From assembly GCA_030295235.1 (NCBI GenBank), contig AP026139.1, forward strand, positions 248,001 to 312,000: 64,000 nucleotides of DNA, in the 5' to 3' direction. The translations under genes were made by a program, and so were the position numbers. A model generated the notes under the pieces. It was given only the letters and a program-made list of their open reading frames with translations, was not told the origin of the DNA and did no database searches. Position 1 is the stretch's first letter. Every line of letters begins with the position of its first letter. Shown here piece after piece: positions 23,784-35,960 of the stretch. Source of the DNA: Fistulifera solaris (lineage: Eukaryota).

Positions 23784-26700
23784 ATGCTCTACACCGCACC
23801 AGCCGTAGAGTCGGAGGAACAAATTCACCGCAAGCGTCTTTCGCAACTCTTGCGATACATTGCCAGTATGCATCAAACGCTCGATCAGACGGAAGAGGGA
23901 TGTAGTTTCGTGCGAGAATCTCGTGTCACTCCGTCCGATTTCTTTCAAAAAGAACAAGAGGGTATTCTTTTTTCGATCAACGATTTTCGACAACTGCTGC
24001 AACATCGGCTGCAGCCGCCGCCGTTTTCGTTCTATGCCGCCGCCAGCCGCAAGCGAACGTTCTCGGGTGCCATCAAGGACAACGCCAAAGCGTGTTGGTT
24101 GCGATTGACACGACCCGCGGCGGCACCGGAAGAAGGGACGTACTATCGTCGATTACCGGCCGTGCAAGAGTATTTGGTAGGTTGGTTGTCGCGAACACCG
24201 TCGGTGCAGTCCGTCGAAGAACTCTTGACGTTGAAGCGTTTCGCGAACGCCCCTAAGCCGTCTCCGGAACTGGATTCCCGGAGTCTCCGGGATGTTCGTA
24301 ATTTTTGCGTTTTTATCCAGAACTATTGGTTCACAAAACGCATCAACAGATTCTGGAGCCTGCCTACAATCGTCTGTTTGAATGGGTACAAGAAAATCAT
24401 TCTTCGGAACTTGTTTGGGGTATCGGGCATGCCAAATGGTTCGATGGTTCGGTTTGGGTGAACGGACCGGTGTTAGAAGTCATGGTGGAAGTCGAGTTGG
24501 CGCAGGATGGCGCATTGCTGGTTAGACCGAGAGAACACACGGGTGTGGCATTTCATCGTCCCATCCTGGTGGCGTTGAACTGTGCCGGTAGCGGGGCAGT
24601 GGCATTGCATCGCACAATTTCCGAGCTGGAACCGACGAGTCTGTCTCCGGGACAGCCGGAAACGTATATTCCGCTGTTGAAGCGCATTGTGGTGGAATTG
24701 TCGTCGGCGGGGCGTTTCTTGCATTCAAGTGTTCGTAACACGCAATTCAGTGACTTGGTGGTGACCGAGGCCTGGTGTCTGTTTTGCCGATCGAAGCCAA
24801 GTTCTGTTTGGGCACGGGACGCCGTATCCTTTGCCGATCAACTCGTTGTCGAGACACCGCAACTTCCTTTGGCTACCTGGTCGTTGACGCATGGTCCCAG
24901 TGTCTTGGCGCGCGTGCAGCAAGAGCGACTGAACCAGTCTACGGGTAGTAAACGGCAATGGTGGCCCTGGGGGAAACCATCCGAGACTGTGAAGTACGAC
25001 AAACCTCTCTTTCCTTTACCAACGTCTGAAGCACAGAACCGTATCGCGCATTTACTTTTGGATCAGGAACTACCGGCGGTCATTTGCGAAGGTCCGCCGG
25101 GCACGGGAAAAAACTCATACTATTGCAAATGTCATTTGTGCGTATTTGTGCAAAGGGAAACGCGTACTGGTGACATCGAAGAATTCTGCGGCACTGACGG
25201 TACTCCGAGAACGGTTGCCCCCGAGTATCCGAGACCTTTCCGTGGACGTGTCCGCGAGCGAGTCGACGGGAATGCGGCAACTACAGCGAACGGTCGAACG
25301 ATTGGCGCAACGTATCAGTAGTGTGAGCAATGTATTGGAGGAAGAAAAGTGCCGATATTTGAAGGTACGTTAATGCACTAGTAAAGCTAGTGAGTGTCGA
25401 GTCGTGCAAGGCCGTGCTAATTTGCTTGCTTTTTTACCAGGCGAATATTAGTGATCTTGATCAAGAATTGAACAAGATTGATAGTCATCTTTCGGAACGA
25501 ATTGAAAGTGCCAGGCTTCTGGTCCAGCAGCAAGAGGGTGCAAAGCTCTTACGAATAGCATTAGAGCTTCAAGAGAAAGCCCCGTGGATGTCCAAGTCCT
25601 TGTCAGAATGGTCGATCCATCAAGTGAATACTTTAAGTGATGGTGTAGCAAAGCTCATCGTCCCGCACGATGATCCTGTCCATCAAGTTAGTGGATTCGC
25701 TATTCCCGTAACATCGTTTTTGATATCTCGCGTTGCTATGATGGCCGGTTCCTCTTGGTCCTCTGTCAAAAATAAAGCCAGTGGTATTGTCGCATCTTTG
25801 CCATTAGTTGGGCAAGGAGTGAAAGATCGACTTGAGGAAGTGGAGGACCTGGTGTCTCGAATTCGTTTACGATCGAAATTCCCGGAGACGCCATCAGATT
25901 GGACGATTGTGCTGAGGGCACTTCGTAGGGCGAATGCCGTTTATGATTTTACTAGTTCCACTTGGAAGGCTTACGAGTCCTCTCGCGGCTGGCCGCATTG
26001 GAAGTTTCAGGGACAGAGCAAAGATCTCCACAATTTGCATGGACTACTGCAACATGCTGTTGAATTCAAGCGCCTTGAACGAAGTTTGAAGTTAGCAGAT
26101 CGCAGAGAGGCTGCTGTCCACGCCAGAAACCAGGATACGAGACGCGGTGCTATGGTCTCCCGTCTGCAGCAGCTCGCAGAGGAACTGGTTGACAGCACCG
26201 TTGTCATGGAACTAAACAATTCATTCTCAGTTGATGCACAGAGCGCCCTCATCAAATTCGCACAACTTGCTGGAAAGTCCAAGTTCAATAAGTCTGCCAA
26301 CCCCTCTAAGATGACGGCCAGGCAGCGACGCCGGCGCAGGGAATATCTAGCAGCTTTTGATCAGTGTTGCCGTTTTATCCCTTGTTGGATTCTCACAACA
26401 TCGCAGATATGTGATTATCTTCCGGCAGAACCTGGATTATTCGATCTTGTCATATGCGACGAAGCTTCACAAGCAGAAGTTGTTACCATCCTCCCTGGGA
26501 TGCTTCGAGGGAAACAATGGCTGATTGTTGGTGATACGAAACAGGTTAGCCCCACTGATTGTTTTGTTTCAGAGGAACAAATGGATCTTTTACGAGTGAG
26601 TCTTCCGGAAACACCATTTTCGGAAGCGTTTCTTCCAGGGCAATCCTTCTTTGACTTATGTGCTACAGCTTTCCCCAACGGACGAGTAGTACTGAGTGAA

Positions 26701-28208
26701 CATTTCCGATGCGCTCAAGAGATTATTTCTTTTTCAAATCAGCATTTTTACGACGGGCATTTACTACCTCTCCGGCTTCCGCTTGCCTCTGAGCGGATAA
26801 AACCAAGTCTTTTGGATATCAAAGTGCGGGGAATAAAAGTTGGTAAAGTGAACGAAAAAGAGGCCGAGGAAATTGTTAATCGAATTCAAGCTGTAGTCAA
26901 CACAACCACAAGTACGCCTCGCACCATCGGTGTCATTTCGTTGATGGGAGACGAACAAAGTCGCCTCATTCGTGGCCGCTTGCTTGATCGGGTAGGGCCC
27001 CATCATATGGCGCTACATAATATTCTTGTCGGCGACCCCCAACTTTCCAAGGAGCTGAACGTGATATTATATTTTTGAGCATGGTCGCATCTCCTGGGAG
27101 TGTGCCAACACAATCTCAATTAATGAACTACCAACGTGTCAATGTTGCGATGTCGAGGGCAAGGGATCAATGCATCCTTGTACGGAGCATCGAATTGACA
27201 GATATCCCCTCACAGGACGATGTAAAGGTTCCCGTTCTGACTTTCTTTCGTACAATATCAGAATCAGATGATACAGACGAGGTGAAGCCTCAATCGCCAG
27301 TGCAGCGCTTGCTTCAACGACATCTTATTGAGCAAGGTTTTTCAATACGTCCAATGGGCCTAGTTTGGCCCGGTGGTCTTTGCGTTGAACACGGGGATGC
27401 TCGTGTTGCTCTTCTTGTTGAGGGAAACGGAGAGTCCCTTCTCGAATGGAGAAAGAGTTTTTTACAACAGAAGGCTATTGAGAGAGTGGGATGGAAATGC
27501 CAACGAGTTGATGCATGGTCTCTTCTTACAGAGCCTGTAGGAACTATGAATTCAGTCTGTGACTTCATGGAGTCGCATGGAATCGAGAAACCTATGGTTA
27601 TTTATGATGAGCTAGAAGATGATGAGTCAGAAGTAACCGACCTGGGCAGGCAGATGGGAGACCAGGATGTTGCAGTGCAGGAACAGGCTCCACGACTTGG
27701 ACGAGCCCCCGCCGACACTGAAATCGTCGTAATCAGTAGCGAGGACGATGAACAAGCAAGTAGTCCGGAGCCAGAGGTAGTTTTAAGTAGCGGCAATTTC
27801 GGTCGTAGATCGGACGTTATGGACGAGAATTTATTTGGTGAAGTTGTCGCAATGGATTTTTTGTTACAAAAGCCCGAAGACGACAAAGAAGCTGATTCAT
27901 CGCTGGGACTACTACCACTTGAAGTACCGGTACCGTCATCGTCATGGCAAGGGAAACCTACTTCTGGACGACATGGTGATGAAGTGAACGACGAGGATAA
28001 TGATTTTGATTCTCAAGCGGCAAGCAGACGAAGACAAAAGAAGAAACCACGTCACGAAAGGCGTTCGGCTCGCCCTCACCGACGGCAAAAGCGGTATTCG
28101 TTCTCCGATACAGAAAGTACGGGAGTGGACAGTAAAACTAATGATAGCGGCGATTCTGACAGAGAATGGCTTGAACACAGCTATGATCGACTTTTGCAAG
28201 CCCCGTAA
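23784..28208 (+). CDS. DNA2/NAM7-type SF1 helicase (AAA_11/AAA_12) with C-terminal Vsr/MTES_1575-like nuclease-fold domain
   Basis: [86 protein letters not shown]; then SPVQRLL..GF..VALLVEG..QKAIERVGWKCQRV. Intron 25365-25440; frameshifts near 24340, 25110 and 27040. Confidence 0.88.
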
Positions 28209-28411
28209 GAAGTGTCTAACTATAGAAATTGGTAACCAGATGCTTACACTCCGCAAACTATAAAATTGGAAAGCCGAATTTGATCCTCGGACCTCGTGGC
28301 AAATGTTCGAACGGGATTGCATATCAAGCGACATGTAGTTGTAGCTGTGCCAAAAATCCGAACAGCCTAGAGTGATGCGCGCTAAGGTCGTCTATTATGC
28401 AGAGTTGTTAA

Positions 28412-29750
28412 TCAAACGAAGGATTCCATCTTTTGCCTATTTTCCACTAGGCGGCCCCGCGTCTGAAAACCAAATTTTTGTTAGAAGTGAAATCAAAATG
28501 AGCCCCTTCTTCTCATCTTGGCTCATACTTACATATTCTTTCAATTCATTTTCTAGCTGAGAATCCGGTACGACAACTTCATCGACCTCTTCCTCATCCT
28601 CGTCTTCGTCCTCTGCTTGATTCTTTCGGTGCTTTCTCTTCTTATTCCGTCTTCTCTGAGGCTTCCAGGAACTCCAAAACGAGTCGGGTACTTTCTTTTC
28701 TATTTCCGGGCCCAAATGTTTTTTCAGTGCCTCGTCTTGCGCTTTGCCTCGCGACAGAATGGAAATCTTGGCCTTGGTTGTATCACGCATCAACGGCGAC
28801 AGCAACTTATAGATGGTCTGAAACCATTTGGGCGTGTTGACCACCAGCGTTTGATGGGCTCGTTGCGGGTAATACGAGTCCATGGTACTCACAAAGGTCT
28901 TGACAAAGTTGATAATATCCATTTGTCGCAAAATGCCCAAATGCAATCCTTGCAAGTCAATGACCGATGTCATCGTGGCGAGTGCATTGTCGGCTTCCAC
29001 AATTTGCCACAAATACTCATTAACGTACACATAATGCATCAAAAGCTCTTCTTCGGTCAATTTATTGTCGCGTGCCCGTTGCAGATTAATCCGCGCCGGA
29101 TGCTGCACAAATACCACATGTCCCTCCGTATTGCGACCGAGAAAGTAATGCGGATAAACTGCTTTGCAGAGATCGAATTTGGGGTGCGGAATATTCAAAA
29201 TATTATCAATTTCGTATTTCCGTCTCCATTGCAATGCAGCCTCCAAGGATTGTTTCGCGGCTGCGCGATTCCCACTGTGCATCTTCAAGAATCGTGTCGG
29301 AATTCCGTCCGGATCTGTTTCACTGCCGTCGTCTTTTTGGAACAACCCATACGACTGTGCACGAGCACCGCCTCGTGGATTACTCGACCACCAAGTCGAA
29401 GCCGTGTCGTTGCGTTTCGGAAGAATGTCATACGGATGACCATCTTGTACCGGCAGGCCCGTCAAAACTTCGAGATCGGCTTCTTCTGTAATCGGCAGTT
29501 CCTCAGGCACAAACCAGCAATCATGATTATTAGTATTAGTATTACTCGCAATAGGAAGACTCAATTCAATGAGTGGTCCCATATTTTGAGTCGCAGCATC
29601 GACATTAAACTCATAATTGGACCAAAACAGCAACCGATCGAGGGCCGAACTTCGACGTAATTGTACCGAATCGACTTTGGCTACCACGAAAGTCCAAAGT
29701 GTCGTAAACGTGACGACCGAAATGCATACTTTTATGGAAATAACAAACAT
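28412..29750 (-). CDS. CRAL-TRIO (Sec14-like) lipid-binding protein with N-terminal TM/signal
   Basis: TRFLKMH..ALQWRRKY; SVIDLQGL; YYPQRAHQTLVVNTPKWFQTIYKLLSPLMRDTTKAKI. A probable terminal intron at about 28463-28532 gives ..ELKEY|TRGRLVENRQKMESFV*. Confidence 0.9.
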
Positions 29751-30306
29751 TGAATTGTAAGAAAGAGAGATGTTATTCACGTACTTTCAAGAATATGAAA
29801 AGATAAAATAATGATGTTGAAAGTAAAAAAAACTCCAAAAGAATCCGTCGTCCAAAAATTAGTCGTATAAAAATACGAACGAGCCACAGGACGACTTTTT
29901 TTCCATCCATCTCTGTCGGACTTTTCGCGCAAAAAATATTGCATCGGTCCGATTCTCATACTGTTGGTTGGATACTTTGTAGACGAGTGGCACTCCGCGA
30001 TGAAGAACAGTCCTGTCACCGTTCCGACATTCATCGGGTCTTGTTTCTTCGGCAGACGACGGAAGGACCATTGGGTCCGTCCTTCCTTCGCGTCACACAG
30101 ATCATAGTCGGCGTGCGCGCGCGGAGGGGACAATGACGAGGATTAAGAAGAGGCGTGTGGAGGAGACTGTACTTTTGCTTTTACCAAAAGAATGGCAATG
30201 ATGATGCGGAGGTGTGTTTGGTTGTAATCATACATCGTATTACTTTCTTGTAGCGGTGGATCCTTTCACACACAAACACACACACACATAACTACTCATT
30301 CGTATC

Positions 30307-33300
30307 ATGGCAAATGACGATGAATCTGCCTCATCATCTGCCGTCGAATTCGACGGTATGGATATGAATGAAGAAGAAGAAGAAGAAGTCGCCGTCGATG
30401 AGGACGACGAAGAGGAAAACCTTCTGCCCGACGATACGAACAATACGGAAGATTTAGCGAATCAAGATGACTTGGAGATGGAAGAAACTCGGAAGGAACG
30501 AATGGAACTCATGGCAGCGGAAACCAAGTCCGTCATTTTGCCCGACGATGCGCAAGGACGTTTTGAATATTTGATGCAACAATCGGAAGTCTTTGCTCAT
30601 TTCTTGGCGGGTACGTGTCGGTCTGTATGCTGTAAAGATGCGCTCATCCTCTACTTACGCTTTGCTTTCATTATCACAGGATCTGTCGCAGCCACGGATG
30701 CGAAAAAGAGTAAAAAGGGATCACGCGGTCGTCTCACGGAGGCGGAAGAAGATGCTTTGTTGCTCAAGAGTGCGTCGAGTAAGCGACGTGTCATTCGCTT
30801 GGATCATCAACCATCGAATTTAGCCGATCATTGTAAAATGCATCCGTATCAGCTAGAAGGTCTCAATTGGTTGATCAAACTCCATGATCACGGAATCAGC
30901 GGTATCTTGGCAGATGAAATGGGATTGGTAGGTACTGAAAACGAATCTTTTGCCCCTCTTTATTTCAACTGGTCTCACTACTCTTTTGATACAGGGAAAA
31001 ACGCTACAAACGATATCCATGTTGGCCTATTTGCGCGAAGGCCGAGGAGTAAAAGGGCCTCATCTGGTTATTGTCCCGAAAAGTGTCGTGGGAAACTGGA
31101 TGAGAGAATTCAAAAGTGGTGCCCCGTCATTCGTACGATGCGAATGGGTGGCACCAAAGAAGAACGTCAGCGCTTCCTGGCGACAGGATTTGCTCCCCGA
31201 CGCGAATGGGAAAAACACCGTGCCGAAATTTGATGCCCTGGTGACGAGTTACGAAGGTCTGTTGAAAGAGAAGGGGCGTCTGAGCAAAGTGGCGTGGCAA
31301 TACGTGATCATTGACGAAGCTCATCGCATCAAAAACGAGCAGTCGTCACTGAGCATTGCCGTCCGCAATATGAAGACACAATTTCGATTGCTGATTACGG
31401 GAACTCCTCTACAAAACAATCTGCGGGAACTGTGGGCTTTACTGAACTTTATCATGCCCGATATCTTTGGAGACGCCGACATGTTTGATCAGTGGTTCAG
31501 TTTGGCGGACGACTCGGGGAAAGAGAATGTGATCAAAAAATTGCACACGGTGTTGCGTCCCTTCATGTTGCGTCGTGTAAAAAAGGATGTCGCCACAGCA
31601 CTCCCTCCGAAGAAAGAAACGCGTTTGTATATTGGATTGACCGAGATGCAACGCGAGTGGTACATCAAATGCCTGCGAAAGGAAGCACACGAACTGAACA
31701 AATTGGGCGGACCCGACAAAAACCGGCTGCTCAATGTGTTAATGCAGTTGCGCAAGTGCTGCAATCATCCTTACTTGTTCGATGGCGCTGAAGAAGGACC
31801 TCCCTATTCCGATGGACCGCATCTTTGGGAAAATAGTGGCAAGATGCAATTGCTTCACAAGCTTCTACCAAAACTTAAGGCCAACGACAGTCGAGTCCTC
31901 ATCTTTAGTCAGATGACGAGAGTGCTGGATATCCTGGAAGACTACTTTCGATTGGTAAATTACGATTATTGTCGTATTGATGGCAACACAGATGGTGAGA
32001 AGCGCGACTCTCAGATGGACGAATTCAATCGTGTTGGCTCGCCCAAGTTTGCCTTCTTATTGAGCACCCGAGCTGGTGGACTAGGTATCAATCTAGCGAC
32101 CGCGGACATTGTGATTTTGTACGATAGGTAAGTGTCAAGTTGTTGGTCGGGCAATTAAAACTTGGTTACTGATGATGGCACCGTCGTATAAAACGCTCTT
32201 CAGTGACTGGAATCCACAAGTCGATTTGCAAGCCATGGATAGAGCGCATCGCATCGGGCAAACAAAGCCGGTTCAAGTCTTTCGTTTCATTACGGAAGGA
32301 ACCGTTGAAGAGAAGATTATTGAACGAGCTGACCGCAAACTCTTTCTAGACGCTGCAGTTATTCAGCAAGGTCGCCTTGCAGAGCAGCATTCATCCCTTG
32401 AGAAAAACGAACTGATGAAGATGGTTCAGTTTGGGGCCGATCAAATTCTCAGCGGGACGGGTGGGCAATATACTGACGAAGATATTGATGCCTTGATTGC
32501 AAAAGGCCAGGAACGAACCGACGCCATGCAAGCAAAACTCCAGAAAGATGCCAAGCATAACCTTGCTAATTTTAGTCTACTCTCGGAGGATGACTCAGGA
32601 AGGGACACCTTTGCGTTCGACGGCAAAAATTACCGTGACGCGGACAAAAATCCTGGAAATTTCATCAATCTTCCGCAACGCCAGCGCAAACGGGTGTACG
32701 ACCTGGCAGCGTCGAGCCAAGGTACTTCGGCCGCAATGAAGGGTCATGCCGCCGATGCTACGGCCAAGAAGAAAAGGAAGGGACCCGCATTGCACGATTT
32801 TCAATTGTTCGATATGGAGCGCATGAATTCTATTTTGACGAAAGAGCGCGAGCTTGCCACAAAGAAGGCTAATCGAATTGCAGCTATCAACGACATGAGA
32901 CAGCGAGGTGTCGAAGCCCCTCCCCGTTCCGCTGGAGTGGCCCAAGGGCACGGTCGTGAAGACTACCTGGAAGAAGCAGACCGACAAGAAGCAACGTTGG
33001 ATGATATTAAACTTACACCCGAGGAAGAGGAAGAAAAGAAGAAGCTGTTCGCAGAAGGTTTTCCTGACTGGAGTCGCAAAGACTTCAAGGCGTTTTGCTC
33101 CGGTCTTGAAAAATATGGTCGCTACGACTTTCCGAACGTCTGTAATGAAGTAATAAGCGAGACAGGGAAGACGAGACAGGAAATTCAGCGATATTTTGTC
33201 GCCTTTTGGACGCACTATCAAAGAATCAAGGAGTGGCCGAAGATTCTTGAGAAAGTTGAACGCGGTGAAAAGAAAATCTTGCGATTGCGACAGATTCGTG

Positions 33301-33749
33301 ACGCCATTCAAGAGAAGGTTGAGCGTCATCTCGAAGACACGTTTGGACCGCATTACGGACAGAATGCCAAGACGTCGGAAGGAAAGCCACTTCCCAGTCT
33401 ATCCGAGATGCTTCACTATTCATGGCCTATGATGAAAATTAACTATGGCTCTAGCAGTCGGGGAAAAGGTTATCGCGAAGAGGAGGATGCGTTTCTGGTT
33501 TGCATGATGTACCGCCACGGTTTTGGAGCGGCAGAACGCATCCGCATGGAGATCAGAAGAGCGTGGCAGTTTCGATTCGACTGGTACTTTAAATCCCGTT
33601 CAGCCGCTGAAATTCAACGACGCTGCGAGGCGATTGTAAAGGTGATCGAGCGCGAGAACGAGGATTTGCGTAAGAAGGAAGAAGGGGAGCTAAAGGACCC
33701 ACTTACCGAATTGCCAGAACAGACTCCTTCGACGCCACCATCAAGGTAA
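30307..33749 (+). CDS. ISWI: ISWI-family SNF2 chromatin-remodelling ATPase (HAND-SANT-SLIDE)
   Basis: [98 protein letters not shown]. Introns near 30611-30679, 30927-30995 and 32129-32203; two compensating frameshifts at about 31115-31190. Confidence 0.96.
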
Positions 33750-34011
33750 ACGTAGTTGCAGGTGCGTCACGTGATACACGAGCCTCTTTGAAGATCTGAG
33801 ATCGAGCCCCTCCTCTAGCCGCTGCATTCACTAGAGTAGACTTTAGCTAGTTGCCTGGATGTCTTTACCTATTATTTGTCTTATTTCAGAGTGTAAACTT
33901 TCATTCTTGCCATGTGAACCATGGATGTTAACGGTATGTGAATGCATCAGCTCGATTGTGACTAACTCTTTCTTATTATTGTCTTACAACTAAACCCGCT
34001 CCGTGAAGCTG

Positions 34012-35091
34012 TTAAAATTTGATAAGGAAAAAGAAAGCTAATCCCAAGGAAGCTCCGTATACGTATTTATGACGAGCAGCCTCAGATGTCGGCGAATCGG
34101 GCGATCCTCCGCTGACCGGCTGACCGGTTTGTGGATCATCCACTAGATCCGCCATCGGAGGTGTATCGGGAGCGGACACAGGAGAAGTCACCGGAGCCGT
34201 GTCTTCGCTGTTTGGGCTAGCGACTGGTGCTACGGGGTCCTCCACCTCGCCGCGAGACTGCAACGTCAATTCGTTCAATCCTCCGTACTGTGCTGCGGGG
34301 TCTGTCACAAGAATGTAGTATTGCACGTTGCCCTCGGCCGTCCACTCATGATCCCTTCCATACGCGGTTCCGATACTAACACAGACGAAATTGTCGCCAT
34401 CTCTCGCTTGAATACCTACCACATTTCCGTGATTTCCTGTTGTAACTCTAAGAACAAGCAATTCCATCGTGGATGTCGTTTGGTAAGTGAACCAGACCCC
34501 ATATTCACCAGACAATCCGCAAGCATCTTGGCCAAAAATCGGACAAGGCACCACCGAGAGTAAAGTCTCCTTTATAAGGTAGATCTTGCTGAGTGATTGG
34601 GATAGAATTTTCCATGCTATCATTCACGGGAGGCTCAATCTCCTCGAGGGAGAAAATAAAGGGGTTGGTAAGACCATTCGACGAATGAAAACGATGTACT
34701 CTACATCAGCTTCCGCTTGAAACAGGTAATCAGATTTCCAGGAGATATCCTCCACACAAGTGAGGGACTCGCAAGACCCCGTGAAGACTGCCATTGCCGG
34801 AGCATAGCCATTGGCGTCGACTGCCTCGACGACGAGACGGGCAATCGTCGTTTCGGAAGGAACGTAGCTGAACCAAAACCCTTCTTCATCGATGGTTGAC
34901 GCAGCAACGCTTGTTACACAATAATCAGGACTGCTTATGGTAAACTCAGTTTCCAAGCTTCCAAGGTTGACCGAAAAAGGGGCCACTATGCTTTGTGCAG
35001 CACTGCAAGACGATTGCGCCTTCACAATGGCTCTGTTGCTGACAGAAAGCAACATCAACCAGTTCATCGCAATAATAAGAAACCGACTCAT
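34012..35091 (-). CDS. Secreted / cell-surface protein with two repeated Cys-containing beta domains, Pro/Ser linker and C-terminal hydrophobic (GPI-like) tail
   Basis: Signal peptide; two similar units (C..GFWFSYVP..AVFTGSCESLTCV..VEYIVFI and C..GVWFTYQ..FVCV..VQYYILV); PVASP linker; LGLAFFFLIKF end. Two ORFs joined by frameshifts. Confidence 0.65.
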
Positions 35092-35960
35092 ATTGATTGA
35101 TGGGTTGGGAATGGTTCACTTTGCGGATGCTCGGAAGAAAGATTATTGTGAACCTTGGATCTTAAATTGCTTTTTGCAAAAAAAGATGGATGATATCTTG
35201 GCGGCAAGATTCAAATGAACAAAAAGTGCTTATAGTTGATACAAAACCACAGGATTAGGATTTGAATGGAGTATCAATGCTACTGTACACATTCTCTGTG
35301 TTGTCGAACAGTTTTTGCCTAAGCCAAACTACCTGGTACCAAACTACCAAGTACTACGTAACTTGAACCTTCCGACTTCCGAATAATCCAGCAATGGAAA
35401 ACGAAACAATGAAACTATACTGAACCCTAAACCTAAACCTAAAAACTGTAAGTTTACCGGTACCGTACCGGTACCGTAGCTGAACCAAACTGAACCTTGA
35501 CTTGCTACAAAGTATCGGACACTTATATTTCAACGGAATATTACAGGTTTCCCCACTGATAGCTTTTTTGAAACAAATTTTATAGATAGCCACTCGCCGA
35601 TGTCTCCCGTAACCGCCACGCAAACCATTGTTTGTTTCACTTTATTGTCTCCAATCGATCGTTTTCTCGTTCTCTTGTTTCACCTCTCTACAAAGTACGT
35701 CTCTCTCTCTCTCTAGAGAAAGTCGTTGTCTTTGTCCCCTTATGATTCATTCCAAATCGAGAGACTATATCAAGGGTTACTTTTCAATTATTGGAACAAG
35801 ATGGATGCCTGTTGCGGAATGTGAGTTTTTCTTGGCGCTGTATTGTATTGTATATTTGTTGTTGTGCATCATCATCATCGTTCATCGTCTTTTTTTTCGC
35901 TCAAAACAGCAATGTTCGTTCTTTTGGCACAGCGACTTTTGTGTCAATACTACCGATGTT

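Noticed and set aside
28617..29660. 347-aa + strand ORF
   Set aside because: Antisense to the well-supported CRAL-TRIO gene; no protein-like motifs.
32595..33353. 252-aa minus-strand ORF
   Set aside because: Antisense shadow of ISWI.
35423..35443. Telomere-like aaccctaaacctaaacctaaa
   Set aside because: Only about 3 imperfect units; not a telomeric array.
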